DNA from: an uncultured Porphyromonadaceae bacterium
GTDB lineage: Bacteria; Bacteroidota; Bacteroidia; Bacteroidales; Muribaculaceae
NCBI GenBank assembly: GCA_947176335.1
Contig: CAMWQE010000001.1
Span: 1 to 56,964 of the forward strand
Length of the DNA stretch: 56,964 nucleotides
Direction: 5' to 3'
Position 1 is the first letter of the stretch; every line of letters begins with the position of its first letter. Under the pieces are notes generated by a model, which was not told the origin of the DNA, did no database searches, and saw nothing but the letters and a program-made list of their open reading frames with translations. The translations under genes were made by a program, and so were the position numbers. Shown piece after piece: positions 42,052 to 51,872 of this stretch.

Positions 42052-42113
42052 AGTTTCCAGTATACTGTAAACTCCCCTCAATTTTGCAAAAAGTTTATAG
42101 TATAATGGAAACT
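42052..42113. promoter_or_regulatory. Two 22-bp imperfect palindromes, putative operators
   Basis: AGTTTCCAGTATACTGTAAACT (42052-42073) and AGTTTATAGTATAATGGAAACT (42092-42113). Confidence 0.6.
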
Positions 42114-43307
42114 CTTAAGAACATACCCCGCCTGACCTATCTGAAACGAATACTTCCTTACGTCAACAAAGAAGTAATCAAAGTAATTACTGGTCAACGC
42201 CGTGTTGGCAAAAGTTATATACTAAAATCTGTTGAAGAGGAAATACGCCAATCTGACCCATTTGCCAATTATATCACTATCAATCTTGAGGATTTCGCAT
42301 TCTCACACATTACTGATGCATCATCACTAAACAATGAAATAGCTTCCAGACTTTCCAAAGACAGGAATAATTATATTTTTATAGATGAAATCCAGGAGGT
42401 AAAGGATTTTGACAAGGTGATTAGATCACTGAACCTGGACTCCAAAAATGACATTTATGTTACCGGAAGCAATTCTGCAATGCTATCATCAGAGATAGCA
42501 TCGCGTCTTGCAGGTCGAAGTATCGAGATACGTGTTCATCCACTGTCATACAAAGAATTTCTAAACTTCCATAATTTACCGGATTCTGACACATCTGTCG
42601 ATTTATTCCTTCGTTTTGGTGGTATGCCTTACCTTAGGAACTTACCAAATCAATCCACTTGGAATGAATATCTGACCGGTATTGTGGATACTCTGGTCTA
42701 TCGTGATATTGTAACGCGCCATTCAATCCGTAATAACGACGTCCTGCAGCGGATGCTTTTATACCTTGCAGATAACACAGGGCAGATTTTCACTGCAAAA
42801 AGAATTTCTGATTACCTTAAAGCCCAACAAGTAAAAAGCACAGTCACAAGTGTACAAAATTATGTGGATTTCATTTGCGAAGCTTATATCATAAACAAAG
42901 TAAAGCGGTGGGAGATAGAAGGTAAACGTTTATTTGAAATTGGCGAGAAATATTATTTTGAAGACCTCGGAATAAGGAACAGTATCATAGGCTACCGCCC
43001 CATGGATATAGGGTCTTTGCTTGAAAACGCTGTATACAATAAACTTGTATCCGATGGTTATGAAGTCAAGGTCGGAGTCATGACCAAAGGTCGTGAAATT
43101 GATTTTGTAGCAGAACGCAAAGGGGAACGAAGTTATATTCAAGTAGCCGTAACGGTAAGCGACCCAACTACAGCGCAACGTGAATTTGGTAATCTTGCCG
43201 ACATATCCGACAATTACCGCAAAATTGTCGTAACACTCCGCGATTCAACTCCTAATACACAAAACGGCATACAAATGATGTCACTGAGGGAGTTCCTCAC
43301 CAAATAA
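42105..43307 (+). CDS. AAA_14 ATPase with DUF4143 domain
   Basis: GQRRVGKS, FIDEIQ, TGS, FGGMP, KYYFED.G, EIDFV...IQV. Confidence 0.9.
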   Translation: METLKNIPRLTYLKRILPYVNKEVIKVITGQRRVGKSYILKSVEEEIRQSDPFANYITINLEDFAFSHITDASSLNNEIASRLSKDRNNYIFIDEIQEVKDFDKVIRSLNLDSKNDIYVTGSNSAMLSSEIASRLAGRSIEIRVHPLSYKEFLNFHNLPDSDTSVDLFLRFGGMPYLRNLPNQSTWNEYLTGIVDTLVYRDIVTRHSIRNNDVLQRMLLYLADNTGQIFTAKRISDYLKAQQVKSTVTSVQNYVDFICEAYIINKVKRWEIEGKRLFEIGEKYYFEDLGIRNSIIGYRPMDIGSLLENAVYNKLVSDGYEVKVGVMTKGREIDFVAERKGERSYIQVAVTVSDPTTAQREFGNLADISDNYRKIVVTLRDSTPNTQNGIQMMSLREFLTK

Positions 43308-43344
43308 TCCTCCATATATTATTGTTTCGCCGATTAATGAAAAG

Positions 43345-43376
43345 AATGCGGGTGAGCCTTTTGGTTCACCCGCATT
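43345..43376. terminator. Hairpin between convergent genes
   Basis: AATGCGGGTGAGCC...GGTTCACCCGCATT. Confidence 0.7.
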
Positions 43377-43397
43377 GAGTATATCAGTACTACTTGA

Positions 43398-46300
43398 TTA
43401 GTCGGCGATTACCTCAAATTCAGCACCACTCGCGTAGTCGCGTCCGTCCTGAGCATTGAGTGCCATGAAGCGGATATATCTTCCTTTCACAGGAGCCTTG
43501 AACAGCACTTCCTGTAGGTTGCTGCCCTTGAAAGAGCCTTTTGCAACAGGAGTACCCCAGTCATCAGTGTTATCGCTTACATAGATTTCGTAATCTTTCA
43601 CATTACCGGTTGTATTACCGTCCTGACGGGGAAGATAGCGTACACCCTTGATATTTTTCACTTCGCCTGCATCGAAATCAACCCAGTGGGGATAACCTGC
43701 AACAGTAACAGAGTACATGGTGTGCCAGATACTTGAAGGGTCACCGTCAACAAGGTTCTCCCCTTCACCATAGTCAGGCTCAAAGCTGCTGGCGTGGATT
43801 ACCTCTGTCTTGATGGTTTCAATCTTCGGGAATTTTGCCATAGCCTGCAGTGAGGGCATCGATTTAAGCCAAGCGGTGACTGTACCCTCTGACTTCATTT
43901 CAAAGGGACCGGTATATTCCGAAGGCTTTTTCGCTCCATTCACCTTATATAATATAGTGGCTGTGGTATCAGGATAGTTGATTGACACAATACCGGCGCG
44001 TGAGCGGGTGATGCTTATAGGCTGGACACCAGCACCCTTGACCGCCGCTTTACCATCGATATCCGCTTTTTCAACCGGGCGGATAATCACTGAGAAACGA
44101 TGTTCACCAGCCTTTACCCTATCAGGATCAAGAGGACCGCCCTGACCACAGCTTGCACCGCCAAGACCGGTTACACCGAGGTCAAGATGAAGGACATTAT
44201 TATTGTCTTCAGGCAATTTGTAGGGATGGTCGGCAAGGAAAAGTTCCATTTCAGTATAAGGAATCGCAGTTGCCGACATCAGCTCCGGTGCGATAAACAC
44301 AGCACCACCCTCACCGTCAGTCAGAGCAGCCCAACGCACCTCCTCGCGGTTGCCGTTGCTCTGCGGACGAGTGTAATCGGTGAACTGGTCTGCGACTTTA
44401 GAAGAGTAACGTCCAACAAACTGCCCTGTCTTGCGGTCATTGTAGTTTTCTTCGGGACCACGTCCATAGTATGTGAATGTGTCCAGATTGTCAGGCACTG
44501 CAACGGAGTAGCCGAGACGAGGCAGAATTACAGCCGGATTATTGGAATTTATTACAGAATTGAGTTCGATTGAACCGTCCGGGTAAACTGTCCAAACCTG
44601 ATTGGTGACAAACTTGAAGTCGTTTTCACCGAAAGGTTTGCTGTCTTTCTCGTCAATAGAGTAAGTACCCCTCGAGTTGCCGTTGCCACCTTTCATCTTA
44701 CCACCGTTGGGAGCCTGTGACTCAACAGAGAAGCTGATAACCTTGCTGCCGTCGGCACCGTCAAACACCCATGCGTTGGTAACTTTATGCTTCAGGTTAT
44801 AGAGACCGTTAGCAAACCACTGTCCGTAAACCCACGCATCATTGTTCAGGTATGCACGGAACGCGTCAAGCGCAAGCTCGCTGCCATTGGCAATAATCTG
44901 CTTTCCGTTGTAATCAAGACCGTTGAGTGCTCCGGTCGCAGGATTGAAGGTCGCGGTAAAACCATCACCTGAAACAGTTATCAGAGTATCGGTCTGCACG
45001 GTTTTGATTTCAGAGCCTTTTGCAGCGATAGCAGGGAGCTGCTGAGCGCCGGTAACAGGAAGTTGCTCTGCCATCTGCTCATATCCGGCTTTTGCCCACG
45101 GCTTGTCAGAGGCGAGCTTGAAAGAGATATTTACAAATGCCTCAGCATTGGGGTCGAGTTTGGAAAGGTCGTAAGGAATTGTGTACTGGAGAGCCTGACG
45201 GGGACCAAGAGCCATTTTCGGACCGATTAGAGCGTCACCGCTCTGCACAGGCACACCGTTCTGGATAAGTTCCCAACCGATTGTATAATCATTCAGAGGC
45301 TCGAAATAGTTCTTGTTGAAAATCTCGATTTTGCCCTTTGACATATCGACCGGCTTCACTGCAACATTCTGGTAAACCTTCTTAACCTCAAAGTACTGCG
45401 GTTTCGGGCTCATGTCACCGAAAATAATGCCGTTCATCACAAACTGACCGTCGGAAGGATTGTCGCCGAAGTCACCGCCGAAACCGAGGTAACGGTCGCC
45501 TGTCTCAGAATCATAGTTGTAAAGCGACTGGTCAATCCAGTCCCAGATTGCACCTCCCATAAAGAAGTTGGTGCTTTCGATTGCATCCCAGTAATCAACG
45601 AGGTTACCCACGGCATTACCCATTGAGTGAGCGTATTCGCTGATATGGAAAGGATATTTGATTTTCATATTGCCCTTGACAGCCTCGCGGGTCCATGCGA
45701 TAGAGGGATACTGGTTGGAGCCTATGTCAACGATATTGTTGTTTCGCTCGTACTGCACGGGACGGCTGGTATCAAACTCCTTGATGGCGGCGTAAGATGT
45801 CTCAAAGTTCTTGCCGGGACCAGCCTCGTTGCCGAGCGACCAGATAACCACAGAAGGACTGTTTACTGTGGAGTGCACCATCTCCATATCTCTTGCCACA
45901 TGGGCGTTTTCCCATTCGGGTACATGAGATAGGGATGCCTTGCCATAGTAATACTCATGAGATTCGAGGTTCGCCTCATCTTCAAGATAGATACCGTACT
46001 TGTCTGCGAGATAGTACCAGTAAGGAGCATCGGGATAGTGTGAGTTGCGCACATGGTTGATATTGGCGCGCTTCATCATCATAACCTCCTTCTCCATCCA
46101 GTCGCGGCTTACCGCATGACCGACAGACGGGTTGGTCTCATGGCGGTTGACACCTTTGAGCTTCACAGGCATGCCGTTAACATAGAAATATCTTCCGGCG
46201 ATACCAAACTCATCCTCCTCAGCAGGAGTATCTTTCAGCTCAACCTTGCGGAAACCGACATAAGCGGAAACGGTTTCAAGCACCTTGCCTTTCTTGTCCA

Positions 46301-47423
46301 CGAGCTGACCTACGAGAGTGTAACGCCAGGGAGATTCGGCGCTCCATTTATTCGGATCATCAAGAGTCAAGGTTGTTTTCACCTCAGCCTCACCGCCTTT
46401 AGCGACATTAACGGCTGCGGAAGAAACCTCAACACCGGCAACTTTCTCATTTTCGTCGCTATAGAGCTTGTTTGCATAGAGGGTATAAACCATCTTGCAG
46501 TCCTTGACATTTTTCTTTGTGAAATTGCGCAGTGATGCGGTGATATTCAGCAGACCTTTGGTGTAATTGTCCGTGAGGTCCGGAATAACTACGAGGTCAC
46601 GCACCTGCACGGGAGAGGTTGAATACAGCGCTACAGTGCGGAAGATGCCGGGGAGGCGGAACATATCCTGGGATTCAAGGAAAGAACCGTCTGAATTGCG
46701 GTACACCTCTACAGCAACCACGTTTTCACCCTTTACAAGGTATTTGGTAATGTCAAAACGTGCCGCATTGCGTGAGTTTTTGCTGAAACCCACATATTTG
46801 CCGTTAATCCAAAGATAGAAGAATGAATCAACACCGTCGAAGCTGATATAAACCTCACGTCCGTCCCAAGATTCGGGAACGGTGAATGTGCGGCGGTATG
46901 CGCCCACTTCATTGCGGAACTTGTATGTGGTCCAATCTTCCGGCGGAGTCCTCATCACACCTCCGCGCCAGTCATCAACAGCGACCTTGTGGTAGAAAAT
47001 CACAGGCTGGTTCACATAAATAGGTTTACCGTACTTCTGAGAACCGTCTTTCTGCAGACCTACGATATTCCAGTTTGATGGAACTTCAATGTTGTCCCAA
47101 TTGCTGACGTTATAGTCCGGCTTGTAGAAATCCACCTGCCTCTGTGACGGCTCCGGCACCCAATTGAATTTCCATGTGCCGTCTAGGCTCATCCAATAAG
47201 ATGAATTTTCCGGAAGCACCTTTCGTGCGCTCTCGGTGTCAGCGAAATAATAGAAAGTAGCTCTCGGTTGCTCCTTGTTGTAAGCAATGGAGTCAGGACT
47301 CTGCCATTCGTGTCCCGCAGGAGCGGCAGCATCTCCGTAGTAGAAGCCTTTAAGTGCGGGTGAGGCAGCGAGCACAGCGGAGGCTATCATGGCGCACCCT
47401 ACGCTCAGTACTGTCTTTTTCAT
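43398..47423 (-). CDS. GH2 beta-galactosidase with C-terminal F5/8 (CBM32-like) domain
   Basis: GVNRHE, RNSHYP, WSLGNE, SEYAHSMGN, IWDWIDQ; DGDPSSIWH, YLPRQ. Confidence 0.93.
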   Translation of the reverse strand: MKKTVLSVGCAMIASAVLAASPALKGFYYGDAAAPAGHEWQSPDSIAYNKEQPRATFYYFADTESARKVLPENSSYWMSLDGTWKFNWVPEPSQRQVDFYKPDYNVSNWDNIEVPSNWNIVGLQKDGSQKYGKPIYVNQPVIFYHKVAVDDWRGGVMRTPPEDWTTYKFRNEVGAYRRTFTVPESWDGREVYISFDGVDSFFYLWINGKYVGFSKNSRNAARFDITKYLVKGENVVAVEVYRNSDGSFLESQDMFRLPGIFRTVALYSTSPVQVRDLVVIPDLTDNYTKGLLNITASLRNFTKKNVKDCKMVYTLYANKLYSDENEKVAGVEVSSAAVNVAKGGEAEVKTTLTLDDPNKWSAESPWRYTLVGQLVDKKGKVLETVSAYVGFRKVELKDTPAEEDEFGIAGRYFYVNGMPVKLKGVNRHETNPSVGHAVSRDWMEKEVMMMKRANINHVRNSHYPDAPYWYYLADKYGIYLEDEANLESHEYYYGKASLSHVPEWENAHVARDMEMVHSTVNSPSVVIWSLGNEAGPGKNFETSYAAIKEFDTSRPVQYERNNNIVDIGSNQYPSIAWTREAVKGNMKIKYPFHISEYAHSMGNAVGNLVDYWDAIESTNFFMGGAIWDWIDQSLYNYDSETGDRYLGFGGDFGDNPSDGQFVMNGIIFGDMSPKPQYFEVKKVYQNVAVKPVDMSKGKIEIFNKNYFEPLNDYTIGWELIQNGVPVQSGDALIGPKMALGPRQALQYTIPYDLSKLDPNAEAFVNISFKLASDKPWAKAGYEQMAEQLPVTGAQQLPAIAAKGSEIKTVQTDTLITVSGDGFTATFNPATGALNGLDYNGKQIIANGSELALDAFRAYLNNDAWVYGQWFANGLYNLKHKVTNAWVFDGADGSKVISFSVESQAPNGGKMKGGNGNSRGTYSIDEKDSKPFGENDFKFVTNQVWTVYPDGSIELNSVINSNNPAVILPRLGYSVAVPDNLDTFTYYGRGPEENYNDRKTGQFVGRYSSKVADQFTDYTRPQSNGNREEVRWAALTDGEGGAVFIAPELMSATAIPYTEMELFLADHPYKLPEDNNNVLHLDLGVTGLGGASCGQGGPLDPDRVKAGEHRFSVIIRPVEKADIDGKAAVKGAGVQPISITRSRAGIVSINYPDTTATILYKVNGAKKPSEYTGPFEMKSEGTVTAWLKSMPSLQAMAKFPKIETIKTEVIHASSFEPDYGEGENLVDGDPSSIWHTMYSVTVAGYPHWVDFDAGEVKNIKGVRYLPRQDGNTTGNVKDYEIYVSDNTDDWGTPVAKGSFKGSNLQEVLFKAPVKGRYIRFMALNAQDGRDYASGAEFEVIAD

Positions 47424-47633
47424 GATTTGGTATAATATTTAGGTAATTAGATTCCGTTATGAAACGTGATTACAAAAATACTCATTCCAAATCAAATATG
47501 ATTCCACAAGACCACAATAAATGTTAATAGCCGCATGGCTCTATCATTCACCTCGGCTCAACAGGACACATTGGCAATAAGTGCGAAGCAGCAGGCACAG
47601 TAATTTATAAATATTTGCCTTTTTAGCTTGCAT

Positions 47634-47658
47634 AAAGGTAGAAATATTACTACCTTTG
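47634..47658 (+). promoter_or_regulatory. hicAB promoter with overlapping palindromic operator
   Basis: AAAGGTAG-AAATATTA-CTACCTTT overlapping TACCTTTG (47651-47658). Confidence 0.75.
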
Positions 47659-47680
47659 CATTGTGTTTTATAGAAAGATT

Positions 47681-47875
47681 ATGAAAAACTATAAAGTCAG
47701 AGAAATAATCAGCATGCTTAGTAAGGACGGATGGGAGCTCATCGCCACCAACGGGAGTCATAGGCAATTCAAACATCCATCGAAGAAAGGGAAAGTAACA
47801 GTCAATGGCGCTCCGGGAGATAATCTCAGTCAATTTTTACTGAACAGCATTTTTAAACAAGCGGGGTGGAAGTAA
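47681..47875 (+). CDS. hicA: Type II TA toxin HicA
   Basis: 64 aa basic; DGW...GSHRQFKHP.KKGKVTV, SIFKQAG. Confidence 0.93.
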   Translation: MKNYKVREIISMLSKDGWELIATNGSHRQFKHPSKKGKVTVNGAPGDNLSQFLLNSIFKQAGWK

Positions 47876-47922
47876 TTCACCCGCCCCTCTTGTTATAATA
47901 ATATATGATAGATTGGAAAATT

Positions 47923-48336
47923 ATGGAAAAGACATTTAAGGTTGAAATAACCTGGGAAGACAAAAATTATTGCTGCGGATATGCAGATAGTGAATTAGGG
48001 GTTATTGGCTGCACCGACAAAACCCTTGACGGACTTAAGCATCGATTTGAAGAATCTATGCGTCTACATATTAAAGGAATGGTGGAGGACGGCGATAACG
48101 TACCCACTTGGCTTGCTAATGGCGAATATAAAATTGAGTATTCACTTGCCGTATCCGCTCTTCTTAAACAAGCTGAGCGTTTTACCACTATGGCTGTAGT
48201 TAGCCGTATCACAGGAATAAACCAAAAACAGCTTAGCCATTATATAAACTCCGTAAAAAAACCTCGTGAGGCTCAGCGTGAGCGTATTGTCGCAGGATTA
48301 CATGAAATTGGGGAATATTTTTTAGCTGTTCATTAA
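47923..48336 (+). CDS. hicB: Type II TA antitoxin HicB-like with C-terminal HTH
   Basis: Follows hicA; GMVEDGDNVP, SRITGINQKQLSHY; alternative start 47905. Confidence 0.85.
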   Translation: MEKTFKVEITWEDKNYCCGYADSELGVIGCTDKTLDGLKHRFEESMRLHIKGMVEDGDNVPTWLANGEYKIEYSLAVSALLKQAERFTTMAVVSRITGINQKQLSHYINSVKKPREAQRERIVAGLHEIGEYFLAVH

Positions 48337-48365
48337 CCTGCATTTATTTCTCTGATTATTATATC

Positions 48366-48399
48366 ATCCCCTGCTTTTTACCGGTGGGGGATTTTTTTT
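48366..48399 (+). terminator. Terminator after hicB
   Basis: ATCCCCTG...GTGGGGAT then long T run. Confidence 0.7.
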
Positions 48400-48591
48400 G
48401 CATTGCCCTCCATACGACATACTTTTCTAAACCTTGCGGTCCTTCGTCTGTTGCAATAACAGCAACTAATCGGGATTAAGACAGCTTAAACCACTAAAAA
48501 ACACCTTATTCAGCAAATTTATAAAGAGTCATCTATTAATATTTATCCCTAAAAGAGCGTACACTCACAGAAATTCGCTAAATTTGCCACT

Positions 48592-48835
48592 GCAAACCCA
48601 CTATGGGTCTGCAGACATATTGAGAAAGCGATTTTCGCATTGTTCCATCGCTGAAACCTAGGAAATTTCAATGGAATACGGAATAATGGTGAAGGTACGC
48701 TCTCTTTTGGCTTGTATTGTCATCCAACCCATGATATACGGTCAAAAGTGGGGTTTGCTATCACTTGTTCGTATTTCATGGGAATCCTAGGCCCACAGCG
48801 ATGAGCAAGTGAGAATGTGGCTCCACTTTCTTTTT
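48592..48835 (+). ncRNA. Structured leader RNA with potential pseudoknot (candidate)
   Basis: Starts just after TAAATTTG (48579-48586); several long complementary segments, detailed in findings. Confidence 0.65.
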
Positions 48836-48899
48836 ATGCCTCCTTAATCAATCACTATCAAACCGCATCCCCGAGCCATAGATGCACCAGAATAAAACA

Positions 48900-49394
48900 A
48901 TGAAAAAAATTTTCATGACAGTGTGCACATCTATTGTACTAATGTTGATTACAACAGGCTGTGCAGGAACTTACAACACCGCTGCTGTTGCTGGTATCCA
49001 GAACCCTGTGGCAAACACCCATGTAGCAGTCAAAGTTGACTATGCCAATGCTACAAAAGTTCAGGGATATGGTGAAGAAAAAGCGGTGCTCGGTATTTTC
49101 AAATGGGGTAAAAACCGTAAAAACACATTTAAGGCTTCTAACCGGTATAAAGGACTTAATGGCGGTGAAAAAAGAGCTATGTACGATGCCGTAGAGAAAA
49201 GTAATGCAGACATCATCCTGGAGCCGCAGTTCAAACACACTACTAAATCCTATTTCTTCGGATTTTATCGCTATACAAAAACTTATATGACCGGCTGGGG
49301 AGCAAAGATTAAAGGTTTTGAAGAAGATTCAAAGGTGCAGTCACAGCAGAATGTCAACATGATTGCTTCTGAAAGTTCAACAGGGATATTTTAA
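48900..49394 (+). CDS. Hypothetical lipoprotein
   Basis: MKKIF...ITTGC lipobox from ATG 48900; ADIILEP motif. Confidence 0.75.
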   Translation: MKKIFMTVCTSIVLMLITTGCAGTYNTAAVAGIQNPVANTHVAVKVDYANATKVQGYGEEKAVLGIFKWGKNRKNTFKASNRYKGLNGGEKRAMYDAVEKSNADIILEPQFKHTTKSYFFGFYRYTKTYMTGWGAKIKGFEEDSKVQSQQNVNMIASESSTGIF

Positions 49395-49434
49395 TAGGTT
49401 AGGGCAATCTAAAGTTTACAAAATCAACAAATTA

Positions 49435-49471
49435 AAAGTCGTTGAGGTATAAATAAACCTCAACGTCTTTT
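49435..49471 (+). terminator. Intra-cluster terminator-like hairpin
   Basis: CGTTGAGGT...ACCTCAACG followed by TCTTTTT. Confidence 0.65.
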
Positions 49472-49514
49472 TAAATACTTCTCTTCATATCAAATAATAC
49501 TTAGTGGAGTCCAT

Positions 49515-49973
49515 ATGAAATTATTAAACATTGTATTAGTATCAAGCCTATTTTGTATAACTTTTGCTTCTTGCTCCAAAGAAGATATCGGATCTGAAAC
49601 TCCTGATAACCCAACTGTTGTGGAAATCAAGGAAGAAAATTTATCTGGCATATGGACAATGAGTCGTGAAGATAACTGCATGAAGATTACTACATCATTC
49701 GAAATGAAAGAGAATAACTCTTGTGTTTATACCCAAACTATTAAAGATGGATATCTTGACGAAAATAAAGAGGTAAATAAAGTTTCATTCAATGGCAAAT
49801 GGTCGTATGATAAAAAAAGTGGAATCTTGATTTTTGAACTGAATGATGAAGAAGGAAACCATGCTCTTACACTTGATTGTGCTGTGTCGGTTTCAAAGAT
49901 TAAGGTTGCATCATTCAAAATTAAAGATACTTTCTCTGAAAATGATGATTATTGTTTCACAAAAACTAATTAA
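49515..49973 (+). CDS. Lipoprotein, possibly lipocalin-like
   Basis: FASCSKED lipobox with acidic tail; LSGIW and GKWSYD motifs. Confidence 0.7.
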   Translation: MKLLNIVLVSSLFCITFASCSKEDIGSETPDNPTVVEIKEENLSGIWTMSREDNCMKITTSFEMKENNSCVYTQTIKDGYLDENKEVNKVSFNGKWSYDKKSGILIFELNDEEGNHALTLDCAVSVSKIKVASFKIKDTFSENDDYCFTKTN

Positions 49974-49979
49974 ACACAC

Positions 49980-51735
49980 ATGAAAAGTTTCAAATCACAG
50001 ATACATTATATCCTTGTTTTTGTATTCATCTGTTTTACTGGTGTATTAAATGCCCAGACCATCAGTAGAGATGAGGCTTTGACAAAAGCAAAACAGTTCA
50101 TCAACGCCAATTCACCTGCAACACGTTCTGCCAATGATGCACAATATGAAGCAGTTGACATAGCGCAACACCTCTATGTATTCAATATGTCCAATGGCGG
50201 ATATGTGATTGTGTCAAGCGAACCTACGTCTGAAAGCATCATCGGATATAGCTTGTCAGGAAAAATAGATAAAAATAATATACCTGACAATATGAGAGTT
50301 ATGCTTCAAGGTTATGAGAAGGAAATAAAGGCTTCTATCAATAATCCTCAACCACTCTCACGAAGCGTAGATGCAAAGCCTGTATATAAAACACCTATTG
50401 CACCAATAGTCAAGGTAAAATGGAATCAAGGAGACCCATATAATATGTTCTGTCCTAAAATTGATGGTCAAAGACCGTGGACAGGTTGCGTACCTACAGC
50501 TATGGCGCAAATAATGGGTCATTATAAATGGCCCAAAAAAGGACATGGTTTATTGATCCATGATGGAGAAAGAATTAATGGACAATGTATAGGTCTTGAC
50601 ACTATTAATCTTGATACCACACCGATTGATTGGAAAAATATGTGTAATACATATACGGGTAGAGAAACACAAGCACAAAAAGAAGCAGTTGCAATGCTAA
50701 TGAAAATGTGTGGATATGCTTGTGGTGTAAGTTATGGCTTATCAAGTAGTGGTGCAGGTGGAGGTACACCTAGAAGTGCTTTAAAATATTACTTTTATTA
50801 CAAAGTTAATCGTATAAATTCAGGTTCTTTTTGTGGTGATTATGTCGCTATGCATAATTTCTTTTATAACACTTTGAAAGAAGGAAAACCTATAATTTGT
50901 GACGTTTCTGGTATTGGCAATGATGGTCATGGAGTTGTTGTAGATGGCTGTGATAAAAATGGTTTCTTGCATATCAATTTTGGTTGGGCAGGAAGCTATG
51001 ACGGATATTTTCAGATGAATGCAACTAAACATGTTGGTTATACCTTTGGGACATTTAATTATATTATAGTGGCTGAACCTGATTATGAAATGAAAGGTGA
51101 AGATAATTTAGATGGATTTTCAACTTCAACTTTTTCTATAACAGACAAAAATGGAATAAACAACTATTCTGAAGAAAATGCAGAAAATGATCAATTTTTT
51201 TAATAATATAAATTATGATTATAGCAATCCATGTGCGATAGAAGTTGGTATAAGAATAGCTATATCTGATACTGATAATAGATATATTAGCTTATATTCC
51301 TATGATAAAAATGGTGATAGAGTAGCTAATGAATACGTTAATTATGGAATAGTCCAAGTAAAATTCATGATTGAACTTGCATCAAAATTGGGATTAGAAA
51401 AAGGAAAATATAAGTGTTATCCTGCTTATAAAAAAGATAATAAGTGGTATGATTTTAAGGTTGAGTTGCCTATTTCACCTTTGTATATCAATCTTATAGT
51501 AAAAGATAATGGAAGTATCGTATTTACAACTCCTGATGTTCGTAATACAGCCATTAAAGTAGAGGATAAGACAATTTGTATAGAAGAGAATTGTATGAAT
51601 GCTGATGTTCATATCTTTAATATATACGGTTTGTGTGTATTTTCAGGTAGGGAAGATAAAATCAAAGTCCCATCCGCAGGAATCTATACAGTCAAAATCG
51701 GTGAAAACTTCTATAAAACTTTGATAGTGGAGTAA
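49980..51735 (+). pseudogene. C10 (streptopain-like) cysteine protease with T9SS type A CTD, split by a frameshift
   Basis: ORF 49980-51203 has prodomain, WNQGDPYN, GCVPTAMAQ, GHGVVVDG, HINFGW; ORF 51178-51735 ends in IFNIYG...AGIYTVKI...K; junction at T7 51195-51201. Confidence 0.75.
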
Positions 51736-51872
51736 AGCAAACTTAATCTCCTGATATTCATAACTGATACTATTTGATGTAATTACTTATAATACTACAT
51801 CATAACACACATTTGGAGGTAGTTGACGCTTTTTATAAAATCAACTACCTACTTTTTTTCAATGGTGGAGTG

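Noticed and set aside
47558-47833. 91-aa ORF antisense to hicA
   Set aside because: Shadow of hicA and its promoter
48554-48703. AGAGCGTAC (48554-48562) / GTACGCTCT (48695-48703) inverted repeat flanking the promoter, as in an invertible promoter
   Set aside because: Only 9 bp perfect, no recombinase nearby, and inversion would break the RNA helices; read-orientation analysis could retest it
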